Assembly (NCBI GenBank): GCA_043804515.1
Contig: JAZDIZ010000087.1
Location: 1-34,126, forward strand
Direction: 5' to 3'
Source of the DNA: Pseudomonadota bacterium
GTDB lineage: Bacteria > Bdellovibrionota_G > JALEGL01 > DATDPG01
DNA length: 34,126 nucleotides
The notes under the pieces are model-generated. The model was not told where the DNA came from. It did no database searches and worked only from the letters and a program-made list of their open reading frames with translations. Positions 15,660-23,727 of this stretch are shown piece by piece (position 1 is the first letter of the stretch; each line of letters begins with the position of its first letter). The position numbers were made by a program, and so were the translations under genes.

Positions 15660-18600
15660 TCAGTGGTGAGCTTTCTGGTGCCGTCGTAGGGCTATGAGGC
15701 CGGCGAGGCCGAGAAGCAAGAGGGTCGCGTCGCCGGCGCCGACAATGCCGCAACCGAACACCGAATCCCCCGTTACGCTCACGGAATTACTGGATGCGAG
15801 CGCCGAGTCGGCGACTCCCACGATTTCGACCGTGGAGGGATCGGTGTCTCCGAGATACGTGAAGGACCCGTCGTTCTCGAGACGGAGATCGACCCTCAGT
15901 GTTTCATTGAGAGACGTGGCGGAAATTAACAGCTCGTCCAGGGGATTCAGCTGCATTTCGACCGAATTCGTCTGCGCGGGACCGTTGTCGATCGACAAAC
16001 TCGCGGTGCTGTCGAACTGGCCGTCGCTCAGAGCGTCGATCCGGATCCCCATCGGGTCGGACAAACCATGCGTAGACGTACCCGTCAGAACGGAAATGCG
16101 GATCTTGAGCCGGCGGTTCACCTGAATCGAGAAAGGAGAGCTGGACGACGTGGCCCCGTCATCGTCCGTAGCGGTTGCGATGGCTTGGAACGTACCGGGC
16201 GCGTACGTGTGCTTGACCGAAGTGCCACACGCGGCACGGGGCGAACCATCCCCGAAGTCGATGAAACAGGAGATCACCGTACCGTCGGAATCGGACGCCG
16301 AGGCCGAAAACGTCACGACACCGGACGAACCTTTGACAGCCATCAGGCTCACGTTCGGAGGAAAATTGGGCCCCGGAGGAAGAGCCTGTGTCGTGGCGGA
16401 AGCCACATTGGACGCCGCCGAGAGATTGCCCGCCGCATCCTTGGCTTTGACGGTGTAAGAGTACGACGTATTGGCGGAAAGTCCCGTATCCGAATACGTC
16501 AGGGCCGATGTCGTGGAGCCGATCAACGACCCACCCCGGTACACGTTGTATCCCGTCACAGCCACGTTGTCGGTCGAAGCGCTCCAGCTCAGGTTGATCT
16601 GCGACGTCGATGCAGCCGTGGCCGTAAGGTTGGTCGGCGCTGTCGGAGCTTGCGTATCCGGAACTGCGAGCGTCGTGGCCGAGGCCGTGTTGGACGCCGC
16701 CGAGAGATTTCCCGCCGCATCCTTGGCTTTGACGGTGTAGGAGTACGACGTATTGGCGGCAAGTCCCGTATCCGAATACGTCAGGGCCGACGTCGTGGAA
16801 CCGATCAACGCCCCACTCCGGTACACGTTGTATCCCGTCACAGCCACGTTGTCGGTCGAAGCGCTCCAGCTCAGGTTGATCTGTGAAGTCGACGCCGCCG
16901 TAGCTGTGAGATTCCCCGGCGCCGTAGGAGCTTGTGTATCCGGAGCCGAAGGCGTGAGGCGAAGTTTCCCATAGCCCCAAGCGTGATTGGGCACGGAACC
17001 AGTGAAGGAATCAGCCAGCGCGTTTTGGATGAGTCTCTGCCGGACACCTCCGATGCAACCGGACCCTTCATCCGGACAGAGATGCGGCGTCTGTTGGAGC
17101 ATCAGCGCGACCGCGCCCGTGACATGGGCCGCCGCCGCGCTCGTGCCCCGATAGATCCAGTGGACGCCATCGGGCATCTTATCGGTACCAGAGATCGTCG
17201 CATTCGCCGAAAGCGAGGCCGACACTCCCTGGCCGGGGGCCGCCACGTCGGGCCGCTGCACTCCGTCCCGTCGCGGGCCGGGGGATGAGAATGCGGCGAT
17301 GTCCGGGGGCGGTGTCGGGTATGGGGGGTACCCTGGGAGGCCATTAGGGTAATAGTCAGGGTAATATGTGTAGCAACCCTCGACAATTTGCCACCAGGTC
17401 TTCGTCGTGTAGGCACCGGCCGAAATCACCGAGTCGCCCGTGGCGGGACTCATCACGAGATCGGTGTAGTTGATCTGTGACGTGAACACGGGGGCGACCC
17501 CGTTGTAGGGGGAACCGAATTTCCAGCCCGTGATCCACGCATCGAGCGGTTCATTTGTGGAGCCGGTCAGCCGCTGCACGTCCAGTGTCCAGGTTCCCGC
17601 GCTGGGCTTGACACCGTCGCCCCGGTCCCAGGTCACGAAAAGGATCTGCTTCGCTCCTTTTGAATTTGTAGCAAGGTCGTTATCCACATAGAAGCTCCCG
17701 TCGGTGGTATAAAGAACGTTGTGCGGGGTGCCCGGAGCGATCCAGCCGGTCGTAAAACCGTTCGGAGTCGTAAGCTTGGCATTGAACATGGCCCCGGGGC
17801 TGTGCCACGCCTCAATAGAAAGGTACTCGGAAGTATAGGCGTTCGGCGTATACGCGGGGATCGTGAACGTGATCGTGGCCGATTGGCCGCTCGCCAGGTT
17901 GACCTGAGCGTGCATCGCTTTTCCGCCGTTGTTGCCTGCCGCGGCGACGATGATCTTGCCCGGACCGGTCAGCGCCGACAACGCGGTATCGAAATTACTG
18001 CCGCCGTCATGCGCGCCGTTGTCGTCGCCCCAAGCGACAAGCACGACCGCGTCTTTCCCCAGACCCGCGGCCCTCTGAAAGATGTAGTTCACGCCATTGA
18101 TGGCGTCATTTTCGCTAAGGCCCGCTCCCTTCACGATGATCAGGTCGGCCTCGGGGGCGATCCCGACGTAGGTGTACTGCGGAACACTATGGCCCGTGGC
18201 CCGGCCGTTGCCGGCTGCGATGCCGGCCATGTGCGTGCCGTGGCCGTCGGCGTCAATCTCCGTGGCTGTGCCGGCGTTGATCTGATCCTCGGTGAACTCC
18301 TTCCCGCAGCAGAGGGATAGGCCTGGCGGCCCCGTGCCGAACACGCTCTGATCCCAGAGGAATTTCACGCGCGTTCGACCGTCGACGGTACGGAAATCGG
18401 GATTGGCGAGATCGATGCCGGTGTCCACAATGCCGACGACGACTCCGTTGCCCGTGAGCCCGGTGTAAGGGGGTTGCGTTCCACCCCACACGGCGGGTGC
18501 GCCGATCTCACTCGCGCTCACATCCAGCAGCGGTCTCAGCTCGTTAGCCGCATTGATGGCCTCCACGCCGGGCACGTTCAGCAGCGCCGGAATCGCGGAG

Positions 18601-18923
18601 AGGGGTGCCTGGGCCGTGGTGACCGGACCGGCCTGTGTCCCGACTTTGACGCCCAGTGCGGCCAGGTCGGCGCGCTGGACTTTGCCGCGAACAAGGAACG
18701 AAATCTCCTCGGCTCCATCCACCGTTTTGCGGATCAGCGTCGGATCGGCGACTCCGCGCATCCACATGTGGGCGAGCATCGGATCGAGGCGGGGATCGAG
18801 ACTCGGGTTCGACACCTCCGGCTTGGTCACGCCCGGACCAACCGCAGGGGAATCGGAGGATCCGTTGCAACCGAAAATTCCCCAAACCATCAACGTGATA
18901 GAAACGAGGTGGTGCCTTTTCAT
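15660..18923 (-). CDS. S8 family subtilisin-like serine peptidase with 2 FN3 domains, a PKD domain and a C-terminal MYXO-CTERM-like anchor
   Basis: Catalytic triad motifs GIVDTGID, GHGTHMAGIAAG, GTSAAAAHVTG; AAAGN; FSSPGP..PDVAAPG; two DTQAPTAP..LSWSASTDNVAVTGY..YTVKAKDAAGN FN3 units; ASDSDG..IDFGDG..HTY PKD; ends FGC...LLLLGLAGLIALRR. Start ATG 18923 (MKRHH...IFGC lipobox). Confidence 0.93.
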   Translation of the reverse strand: MKRHHLVSITLMVWGIFGCNGSSDSPAVGPGVTKPEVSNPSLDPRLDPMLAHMWMRGVADPTLIRKTVDGAEEISFLVRGKVQRADLAALGVKVGTQAGPVTTAQAPLSAIPALLNVPGVEAINAANELRPLLDVSASEIGAPAVWGGTQPPYTGLTGNGVVVGIVDTGIDLANPDFRTVDGRTRVKFLWDQSVFGTGPPGLSLCCGKEFTEDQINAGTATEIDADGHGTHMAGIAAGNGRATGHSVPQYTYVGIAPEADLIIVKGAGLSENDAINGVNYIFQRAAGLGKDAVVLVAWGDDNGAHDGGSNFDTALSALTGPGKIIVAAAGNNGGKAMHAQVNLASGQSATITFTIPAYTPNAYTSEYLSIEAWHSPGAMFNAKLTTPNGFTTGWIAPGTPHNVLYTTDGSFYVDNDLATNSKGAKQILFVTWDRGDGVKPSAGTWTLDVQRLTGSTNEPLDAWITGWKFGSPYNGVAPVFTSQINYTDLVMSPATGDSVISAGAYTTKTWWQIVEGCYTYYPDYYPNGLPGYPPYPTPPPDIAAFSSPGPRRDGVQRPDVAAPGQGVSASLSANATISGTDKMPDGVHWIYRGTSAAAAHVTGAVALMLQQTPHLCPDEGSGCIGGVRQRLIQNALADSFTGSVPNHAWGYGKLRLTPSAPDTQAPTAPGNLTATAASTSQINLSWSASTDNVAVTGYNVYRSGALIGSTTSALTYSDTGLAANTSYSYTVKAKDAAGNLSAASNTASATTLAVPDTQAPTAPTNLTATAASTSQINLSWSASTDNVAVTGYNVYRGGSLIGSTTSALTYSDTGLSANTSYSYTVKAKDAAGNLSAASNVASATTQALPPGPNFPPNVSLMAVKGSSGVVTFSASASDSDGTVISCFIDFGDGSPRAACGTSVKHTYAPGTFQAIATATDDDGATSSSSPFSIQVNRRLKIRISVLTGTSTHGLSDPMGIRIDALSDGQFDSTASLSIDNGPAQTNSVEMQLNPLDELLISATSLNETLRVDLRLENDGSFTYLGDTDPSTVEIVGVADSALASSNSVSVTGDSVFGCGIVGAGDATLLLLGLAGLIALRRHQKAHH
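16388..16943. repeat. Intragenic tandem duplication (2 x 282 bp) encoding the FN3 domains
   Basis: ttggacgccgccgagagatt at 16408 and 16690 (period 282 bp = 94 codons); long identical runs between the copies. Confidence 0.9.
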
Positions 18924-18951
18924 TCTTTTCCTTCGTCCCTTCTCTCGTAAC

Positions 18952-18966
18952 GCAATGTGCGTGCCA
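18952..18966 (-). promoter_or_regulatory. Sigma54 promoter of the subtilase gene
   Basis: Minus strand TGGCACGCACATTGC, a full match to TGGCACG-N4-TTGC, 28 nt upstream of ATG 18923. Confidence 0.75.
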
Positions 18967-19191
18967 TCCGTTTTGAACGTTCTGCTCTCCCGTAGGAGGT
19001 CTCGCGCTGTGCGCACCGCATTTTTTGCAATGGAGGTCGGCCTTTGTGTCGCTTTTTCACGTGGGCCGCAGGAAAGAAGTAATCGGAACCTTTGTGGATT
19101 ACGGCGCCCGCGGATCATTATTATCCGCTGATGGAAACAAAACTTCCGGGATTTGCCGTGCAAGCGAACGGGAGAGGCTCTCAAGGGGGAG

Positions 19192-19231
19192 GAACCCGGG
19201 GAAGGAACCCGGGCTAAGAATTTCGGCACCT
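19192..19231 (+). repeat. Family B element, degenerate left half (B6)
   Basis: cggggaaggaacccgggctaagaatttcggcacct aligns without gaps to tggggacggagcccggactgagaatctcagcggct. Confidence 0.6.
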
Positions 19232-19354
19232 AACTGCGCTGAAAGATGAGTTCCCCCCTGCAATTCTTGCGTGGAGTCCGGAGAGCGGGGATCGGGGAGC
19301 TTATTAAATTCCAACGATACCGGACCCTTGCACAGCCGGCGCCGAAAGCGGACA

Positions 19355-19370
19355 CGGCATGGAGTTTGCT
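19355..19370 (+). promoter_or_regulatory. Candidate sigma54 promoter
   Basis: CGGCATGGAGTTTGCT (GG-N10-GC, TTGCT), 18 nt upstream of ATG 19389. Confidence 0.55.
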
Positions 19371-19388
19371 TTATCCGAAGATAACCGC

Positions 19389-20465
19389 ATGATCCGACGT
19401 ACCCCAAGCCGATGGAAGTGGTTGATCAGCCTCTTGGCGCTGGTCTCCTGCGCCTCGCAAACGGCGCCCAACCGCACCGTTGTCTTTTCAAAGAGCGCCA
19501 TGCAGGGTTCCTCGGTTCTGATTGCTGCGATTGAAGCGGCACCGGACGGTTCCGTTTCGATCCTGGAATCGACGGATTTCCAAAGCATCGACCAGTTCGA
19601 ATTCTCGGGAAGCGTACCCAGCCGCCCGGGAATCCTTGTAGCTCTCCTCTCTTTTGCCGAGGATCTGACCGGACAGAAGCCGAACTTCATGACCGATGGA
19701 ATCATCCCGTCGGGCTATCGGGCGCCGGCGGTCGGCCAGATCTTTTACGCGGACGTCGCCGGCGGATCGAGCCCCACGCTGCTGACTTCGGACGACACGC
19801 ACTCGGCGCTCCTGAACCAATTTGCGGCTCTGGTGGCCGTCGTGATCGACAGCGCCCCTCCACTGACGCCTACGGCCACACCGACGCCTACGGCCACGGC
19901 GACACCCCCCGAACCCGTCGTTACCGTCAGCGGGACCCATATTGATGCCCGATATAACGATCCGCTGTCCCCAAGCCGCCTTCATATCCATGACGGGATC
20001 ATCGACGATTGCAAAGACGCAAAAGATCCCCAAGGCATTTCCGACCCCGATTGCCGTTTCCATTACACCTGGTGCTCTTCAGGTGACAAAGTGATCGAAT
20101 CGGTGCAGTTCGATTTCCCCGTTGCCATTCAAATCAGCGGTGTCGAGATCTGGTGGGCGTTCAACACAGTCCAGAACGATTACATGGAAGCCCAGAGAAT
20201 TGACGTGAAGACGTCCCCGGATGGAACGACCTGGTCCCCGTCCCCGGCCGGGCAGATGACATGGAATTGGGACGGTACCACTCCTATTCCTCCGAGGAAC
20301 CCTTCTTCTTCGCTGACGTTCGGTGCCCCCATCACGCTCAAAAGCCTGAAATTTGAAATGCCGCGCTTCTGTCCGCTGCCAAGCGGGACTTTGGGGTGTG
20401 GCTACCCAACATACGCCTACTATTTCTGGGTCACGGAAATCGGCTACACGCTGATCTGGCCGTGA
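19389..20465 (+). CDS. Hypothetical lipoprotein with Pro/Thr linker and C-terminal discoidin (F5/8 type C)-like domain
   Basis: LALVSC lipobox; PLTPTATPTPTATATPP linker; VQFDF...ISGVEIWW...IDVKTSPDGTTW...LTF.AP...LKF...WVTEI pattern of a galactose-binding-like fold. Confidence 0.7.
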   Translation: MIRRTPSRWKWLISLLALVSCASQTAPNRTVVFSKSAMQGSSVLIAAIEAAPDGSVSILESTDFQSIDQFEFSGSVPSRPGILVALLSFAEDLTGQKPNFMTDGIIPSGYRAPAVGQIFYADVAGGSSPTLLTSDDTHSALLNQFAALVAVVIDSAPPLTPTATPTPTATATPPEPVVTVSGTHIDARYNDPLSPSRLHIHDGIIDDCKDAKDPQGISDPDCRFHYTWCSSGDKVIESVQFDFPVAIQISGVEIWWAFNTVQNDYMEAQRIDVKTSPDGTTWSPSPAGQMTWNWDGTTPIPPRNPSSSLTFGAPITLKSLKFEMPRFCPLPSGTLGCGYPTYAYYFWVTEIGYTLIWP

Positions 20466-20485
20466 CGAACGTCAGTCCCGTGAGT

Positions 20486-20613
20486 GGAATCAGGGACAAA
20501 CCCCAGGCTGAAAATTTCAGCGGCTGCAGATCCGCGGCCCGAGAAGCGGGAACGAATTCATCAGATTGGGGCCAAGGGGCGGAGCCTCTTCCCCGACCTC
20601 CGTCTCCGATTTC
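20486..20613 (+). repeat. Family B element, full copy (B7)
   Basis: ggaatcagggac...ctgaaaatttcagcggctgcaga...gaattcatcagattggggccaaggggcggag...gacctccgtctccgatttc; imperfect inverted termini. Confidence 0.9.
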
Positions 20614-20648
20614 ACGGCTCGCGCATTGATTCCCCCGTTCCGGTCCGA

Positions 20649-20927
20649 TCAGGCGGCTTTTCGGATCCGTACTTCCGCAATCAGGCCGGCGGCCTCGATC
20701 AGCCGAAGCACACGGTCCACAGTGATCTTTTGGAGACTTCCGGAGAGGATCCCGGTGACCGCGCTTCGAGGGAGGCCGGACCGTTTGGCCAAAAGCGCAT
20801 GCGTGAGACGATGCTCCAGCGCAGCCTCGACCACGGCAGCAATTAATTGGGCCTTTATGACGGCTTCCGAACTCCGCTGCCGAGAAATCCGAAGTGTTCT
20901 GGCGAACTCTCTTGATCCGGCCTTCAT
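20649..20927 (-). CDS. XRE-family HTH antitoxin (HigA-like)
   Basis: IKAQLIAAV...LTHALLAKRSGLPRSAVTGILSGSLQKITVDRVLRL HTH; ATGA overlap with the upstream toxin gene. Confidence 0.85.
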   Translation of the reverse strand: MKAGSREFARTLRISRQRSSEAVIKAQLIAAVVEAALEHRLTHALLAKRSGLPRSAVTGILSGSLQKITVDRVLRLIEAAGLIAEVRIRKAA

Positions 20928-21238
20928 GGCTTTTCCGCTCCTAGTCTGTTCTGAACGAGTTCCATCGTTCGGTCAGGCGTCCGCTCCATTGTCTTTTTGA
21001 ACGCGTGAAGAACGTGCACCGTCCCGGAACTGGTCCGATAGAACACGCGGTACGTTCCTGACCGATCTCTCAATCGCAGTTCGTGAACGCCAGGCGCGAT
21101 ACGGGGCATCGGACGGGACAAGGGCATCGTCAATGTCAGCCCCGCATCCAACCGGGCCAGCGCATCGGCCAAATCGCCGCGGATGGTCTCCGGAAGCTTC
21201 CTTATCTCCCGTTCGCACGGCCTTGAAAATCGAATCAA
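20924..21238 (-). CDS. Type II toxin, RelE/ParE superfamily (Gp49/HigB-like)
   Basis: MPLSRPMPRIAPGVHELRLRDRSGTYRVFY...VLHAFKK..ERTP motif; toxin-first gene order; TTG start with GGAAGG upstream. Confidence 0.88.
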   Translation of the reverse strand: MIRFSRPCEREIRKLPETIRGDLADALARLDAGLTLTMPLSRPMPRIAPGVHELRLRDRSGTYRVFYRTSSGTVHVLHAFKKTMERTPDRTMELVQNRLGAEKP

Positions 21239-21251
21239 ACGTCACCTTCCG

Positions 21252-21280
21252 AATGTCTCATAAATAAGACATCTATTCAA
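21252..21280 (-). promoter_or_regulatory. TA operon promoter with overlapping palindromic operator
   Basis: Minus strand TTGAAT-17 bp-GACATT (TGn-extended); palindrome atgtct-N8-agacat at 21253-21272 covers the spacer and the -10 box. Confidence 0.6.
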
Positions 21281-21426
21281 TAGGGCATGCGTCTACGTTG
21301 CATCGGGCATGCCGGGAGGAGCGCTCATTCATTGGGGAAGGGATGGGGGGCGGGCCCGGTTTCGATCCGCCGGTGTCTGGAATCCGGCCTCCGGGTTTCC
21401 GTTGAAGAATCGGTTGGAGTCGGGTT

Positions 21427-21553
21427 GGAATTGGGGACGGAGCCCGGACTGAGAATCTCAGCGGCTGAAGAGCTGTGGCCCGGGAAACGAAGACAAATTC
21501 ATACAGCCGAGATCAAAAGGGCAGGGTGGTCTTCCCAAGTTCAGTCCCCTTTC
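21427..21553 (+). repeat. Family B element, full copy (B8)
   Basis: ggaattggggacggagcccggactgagaatctcagcggctgaagag...aaattca...caaaagggcagggtggt...ttcagtcccctttc. Confidence 0.9.
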
Positions 21554-21587
21554 TATTTCGATTTCCTCGCGCGTCCGCGAAATTTCG

Positions 21588-22070
21588 CTAGGGAACGACC
21601 GGCTCGGGCCGCCCCCAGCCCAGCTGCACTACCTCGAAATCGTCCGCGGAAAGGCTCGCGAACGCAGGATTGATGATGCCGCTGTCCCAGCGTGCGTCCA
21701 TCGTGCCGGTGACGGCAAAATCCGAGCCGCCCATGTCGGTGACGATCAGCCCGTAGGTTTTCATGGCGCGGAAGATCCTCTGGATCTGGTCCGGGTAGCC
21801 GGAGAGATCGACCGTGGGCTTGAGCCGCAGGCGTGTGCCCAGCGGCGGCGCGCCGGACGCCCCCCACGCGGTGTGCGAGGCGGGCCAGACATGCCCGTTC
21901 ACGGCCCACACATTACAGCGGAAGGCGTGCGTGATCTCGCCCGGGCCGGACGCTTCGTCGTAGCGCACGAGTCCGGGAAAGATGGCGATCCCCGCCGCGT
22001 CGGCCGAGGTCCAGCCATCGGAACGCGGGGCGCCGCTGGAGAGATCCCATATAGCCCCCGAGCCCGCTCG
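21588..22070 (-). pseudogene. 5'-truncated paralog of the WTSADAAG-motif protein at 32497-33450
   Basis: AGSGAIWDL..GWTSADAAGIAIFPGLVRYDE..ITHAFR..PPLGTRLRLK..RAMKTYG aligns to only the C-terminal half of the 317-aa protein; upstream codons are unrelated and there is no signal peptide. Confidence 0.75.
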
Positions 22071-22100
22071 CAGCCTACAACGCCGGTAGCGCCCCGCCCT

Positions 22101-22120
22101 CACGTGCGTCCCCGAATTCC
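22101..22120 (+). repeat. Isolated right terminus of the GGGGAC/GTCCCC repeat family
   Basis: cacgtgcgtccccgaattcc; its reverse complement ggaattcggggacgcacgtg resembles both A (aaattggggacacgtac) and B (ggaattggggacgg) left ends. Confidence 0.55.
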
Positions 22121-22232
22121 CAAGATCAACCTGGATTGAAAATTTGGTTGCCAAGATGCCTTTCGCGTCGTTAGCATACACAAATCCTTTTTGTTAATGG
22201 CAGAATCGGAAGGATGCATCCAAGGAGGAGTT

Positions 22233-23336
22233 ATGAGAGGGCAGAACTACGGAACATTGTTGGTTTTGATCACTCTGGTACTGGCGTTGCATTGTGGCGG
22301 ATCAAATTCTAACAACAGCCCGGGCGTTGCCGGATTGGCAACCCAGATTGAGACGATTAGCAACGACTTTGTACCCGAATCGCTTGACTATTCGTCATCG
22401 TCACAGTCGCGCCTGAACCCGTCTTCACCAAGGTTCGCCAGCAGCGGCCCATGTGTCGGAACAGATCTTTTCGGCTGTCAGCCGATCCTTCTTCGCATCT
22501 ATATCGCGATCAACCAGCTCTTCGCCGGTCAAGCCGTAACAACCCTGGATGATGTCGGCTCCCACATGACCGACATTGCCGACGGAACATCTGGTACCGT
22601 AACGGAAGATACTCAGACCATTGAGTACTCAAAAACCAGCGACGCCGAATTTTCTGTTCTTGTGAAGACCAACGACGGAACTCCGTTCGCCTATCTGTCT
22701 CTGGCCGATTCACAGTTTACGATGCGGCTGGATATATTCGCACAGCCCGCCGATACGAGCGGAAGCGGACCAACGGAAGGCATCTTTGAAATCAGTGGAA
22801 CGTTTACCGACGAAAACCATTGGACGGTTGTAAGCCAAATGATCGGAATGAATTGCCAGTCGGATGATGTCGGCGCGCCTCAAAACATTCGCGTTCGAAT
22901 GGAAAAGGCCGATGGTCTTTGGACCGGCAAAGCCATGATGTACTTGCCACGGTGGGCGGAAGATTACACGTGCGACACGACTCCGACGGATTCAACTGGC
23001 ATGGTCATCTACACGGATTTTGTTGGTGATGCCACGGCCGCGAAAGTGAGTGTGTTCGCTATGCGACCTTCGATCACGGATCTATCGAGCATCGATATGA
23101 ATGATTACGCCCTGAACGACTTGTCGGCGAATTATCCGGAAGTCATCCAGGGAGCCGACCTCTCAGCGTACGAGAATCCGTTCTGCAATCCATCTTCAAC
23201 CGACATCGCGGTTTGGAACGATAACTGCAGCGGAACGTCTTCTGCCGTAAGTGAGGCAAGCTTCGGTTCAGCGACGGATTGGCTTGATCCCAGCGAATTT
23301 GCAGCACTCACTTTGGCGATTCCTACAAGCCTTTGA
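22233..23336 (+). CDS. Hypothetical acidic lipoprotein
   Basis: AAGGAGG RBS, ATG 22233, LALHC lipobox then GGSNSNNS; Asp/Ser/Thr-rich with paired Cys. Confidence 0.8.
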   Translation: MRGQNYGTLLVLITLVLALHCGGSNSNNSPGVAGLATQIETISNDFVPESLDYSSSSQSRLNPSSPRFASSGPCVGTDLFGCQPILLRIYIAINQLFAGQAVTTLDDVGSHMTDIADGTSGTVTEDTQTIEYSKTSDAEFSVLVKTNDGTPFAYLSLADSQFTMRLDIFAQPADTSGSGPTEGIFEISGTFTDENHWTVVSQMIGMNCQSDDVGAPQNIRVRMEKADGLWTGKAMMYLPRWAEDYTCDTTPTDSTGMVIYTDFVGDATAAKVSVFAMRPSITDLSSIDMNDYALNDLSANYPEVIQGADLSAYENPFCNPSSTDIAVWNDNCSGTSSAVSEASFGSATDWLDPSEFAALTLAIPTSL

Positions 23337-23466
23337 GCGATTTTAGCCGGTCTGCTGTTAACTCCTCCAGCATCATTTTTTATGGAATCGAGGACGCTTC
23401 TTTCGGCATTTCATCGAGCCCACGAAGTTTGTATAAACCATTAAACCAGCTCAAGATTCCCCTAAT

Positions 23467-23557
23467 GCCGGGGTGGCGAAATTGGCAGACGCACAGGACT
23501 TAAAATCCTGAGTTTCCGAAAGGGAACGTGCCGGTTCAAGTCCGGCCCTCGGCACCA
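23467..23557 (+). tRNA. trnL: tRNA-Leu (anticodon UAA)
   Basis: Acceptor gccgggg/cctcggc-a-cca, D-loop ggcgaaattggcagacgc, anticodon arm cagga-cttaaaa-tcctg, long variable arm, T-arm gccggttcaagtccggc, encoded CCA. Confidence 0.97.
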
Positions 23558-23727
23558 TTTCGACGGCCCCCTTCCTTGGGGGGCGGCGGAATGGTTTTCG
23601 GGTCATGAGAGAAACCGCTAGCCGAGCCCAGCGCAGTTCGTGACGGCAACGAGCATCATCAAAGATCTGTTGTTTGAATTATTGAGGGCCATGGCTTCGA
23701 CCCAAAGCGCTTGGCGAGGCGCATACC

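Larger units (their letters stand above)
14521..15662. mobile_element. Putative non-autonomous element: family B left half + cargo gene + family B right half, 18-bp perfect TIRs
   Basis: tgaaatcggggacggagg (14521-14538) is the exact reverse complement of cctccgtccccgatttca (15645-15662); 14522-14572 matches copy 21427 at 45/51 nt; 15600-15662 matches B right halves; no target-site duplication seen. Confidence 0.55.

Noticed and set aside
18924..19229. 102-aa N-terminal extension of the subtilase ORF
   Set aside because: Covers the sigma54 promoter and a repeat; the signal peptide starts at ATG 18923.
19866..19898. Short direct repeat acgcctacggccac x2
   Set aside because: Simply encodes the Pro/Thr linker of the lipoprotein.
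3240..21553. Repeats as a CRISPR array or classical integron attC sites
   Set aside because: Units are ~100-130 bp separated by whole genes; no cas genes; no RYYYAAC/GTTRRRY cores, no IntI, and intervening genes are not co-oriented.
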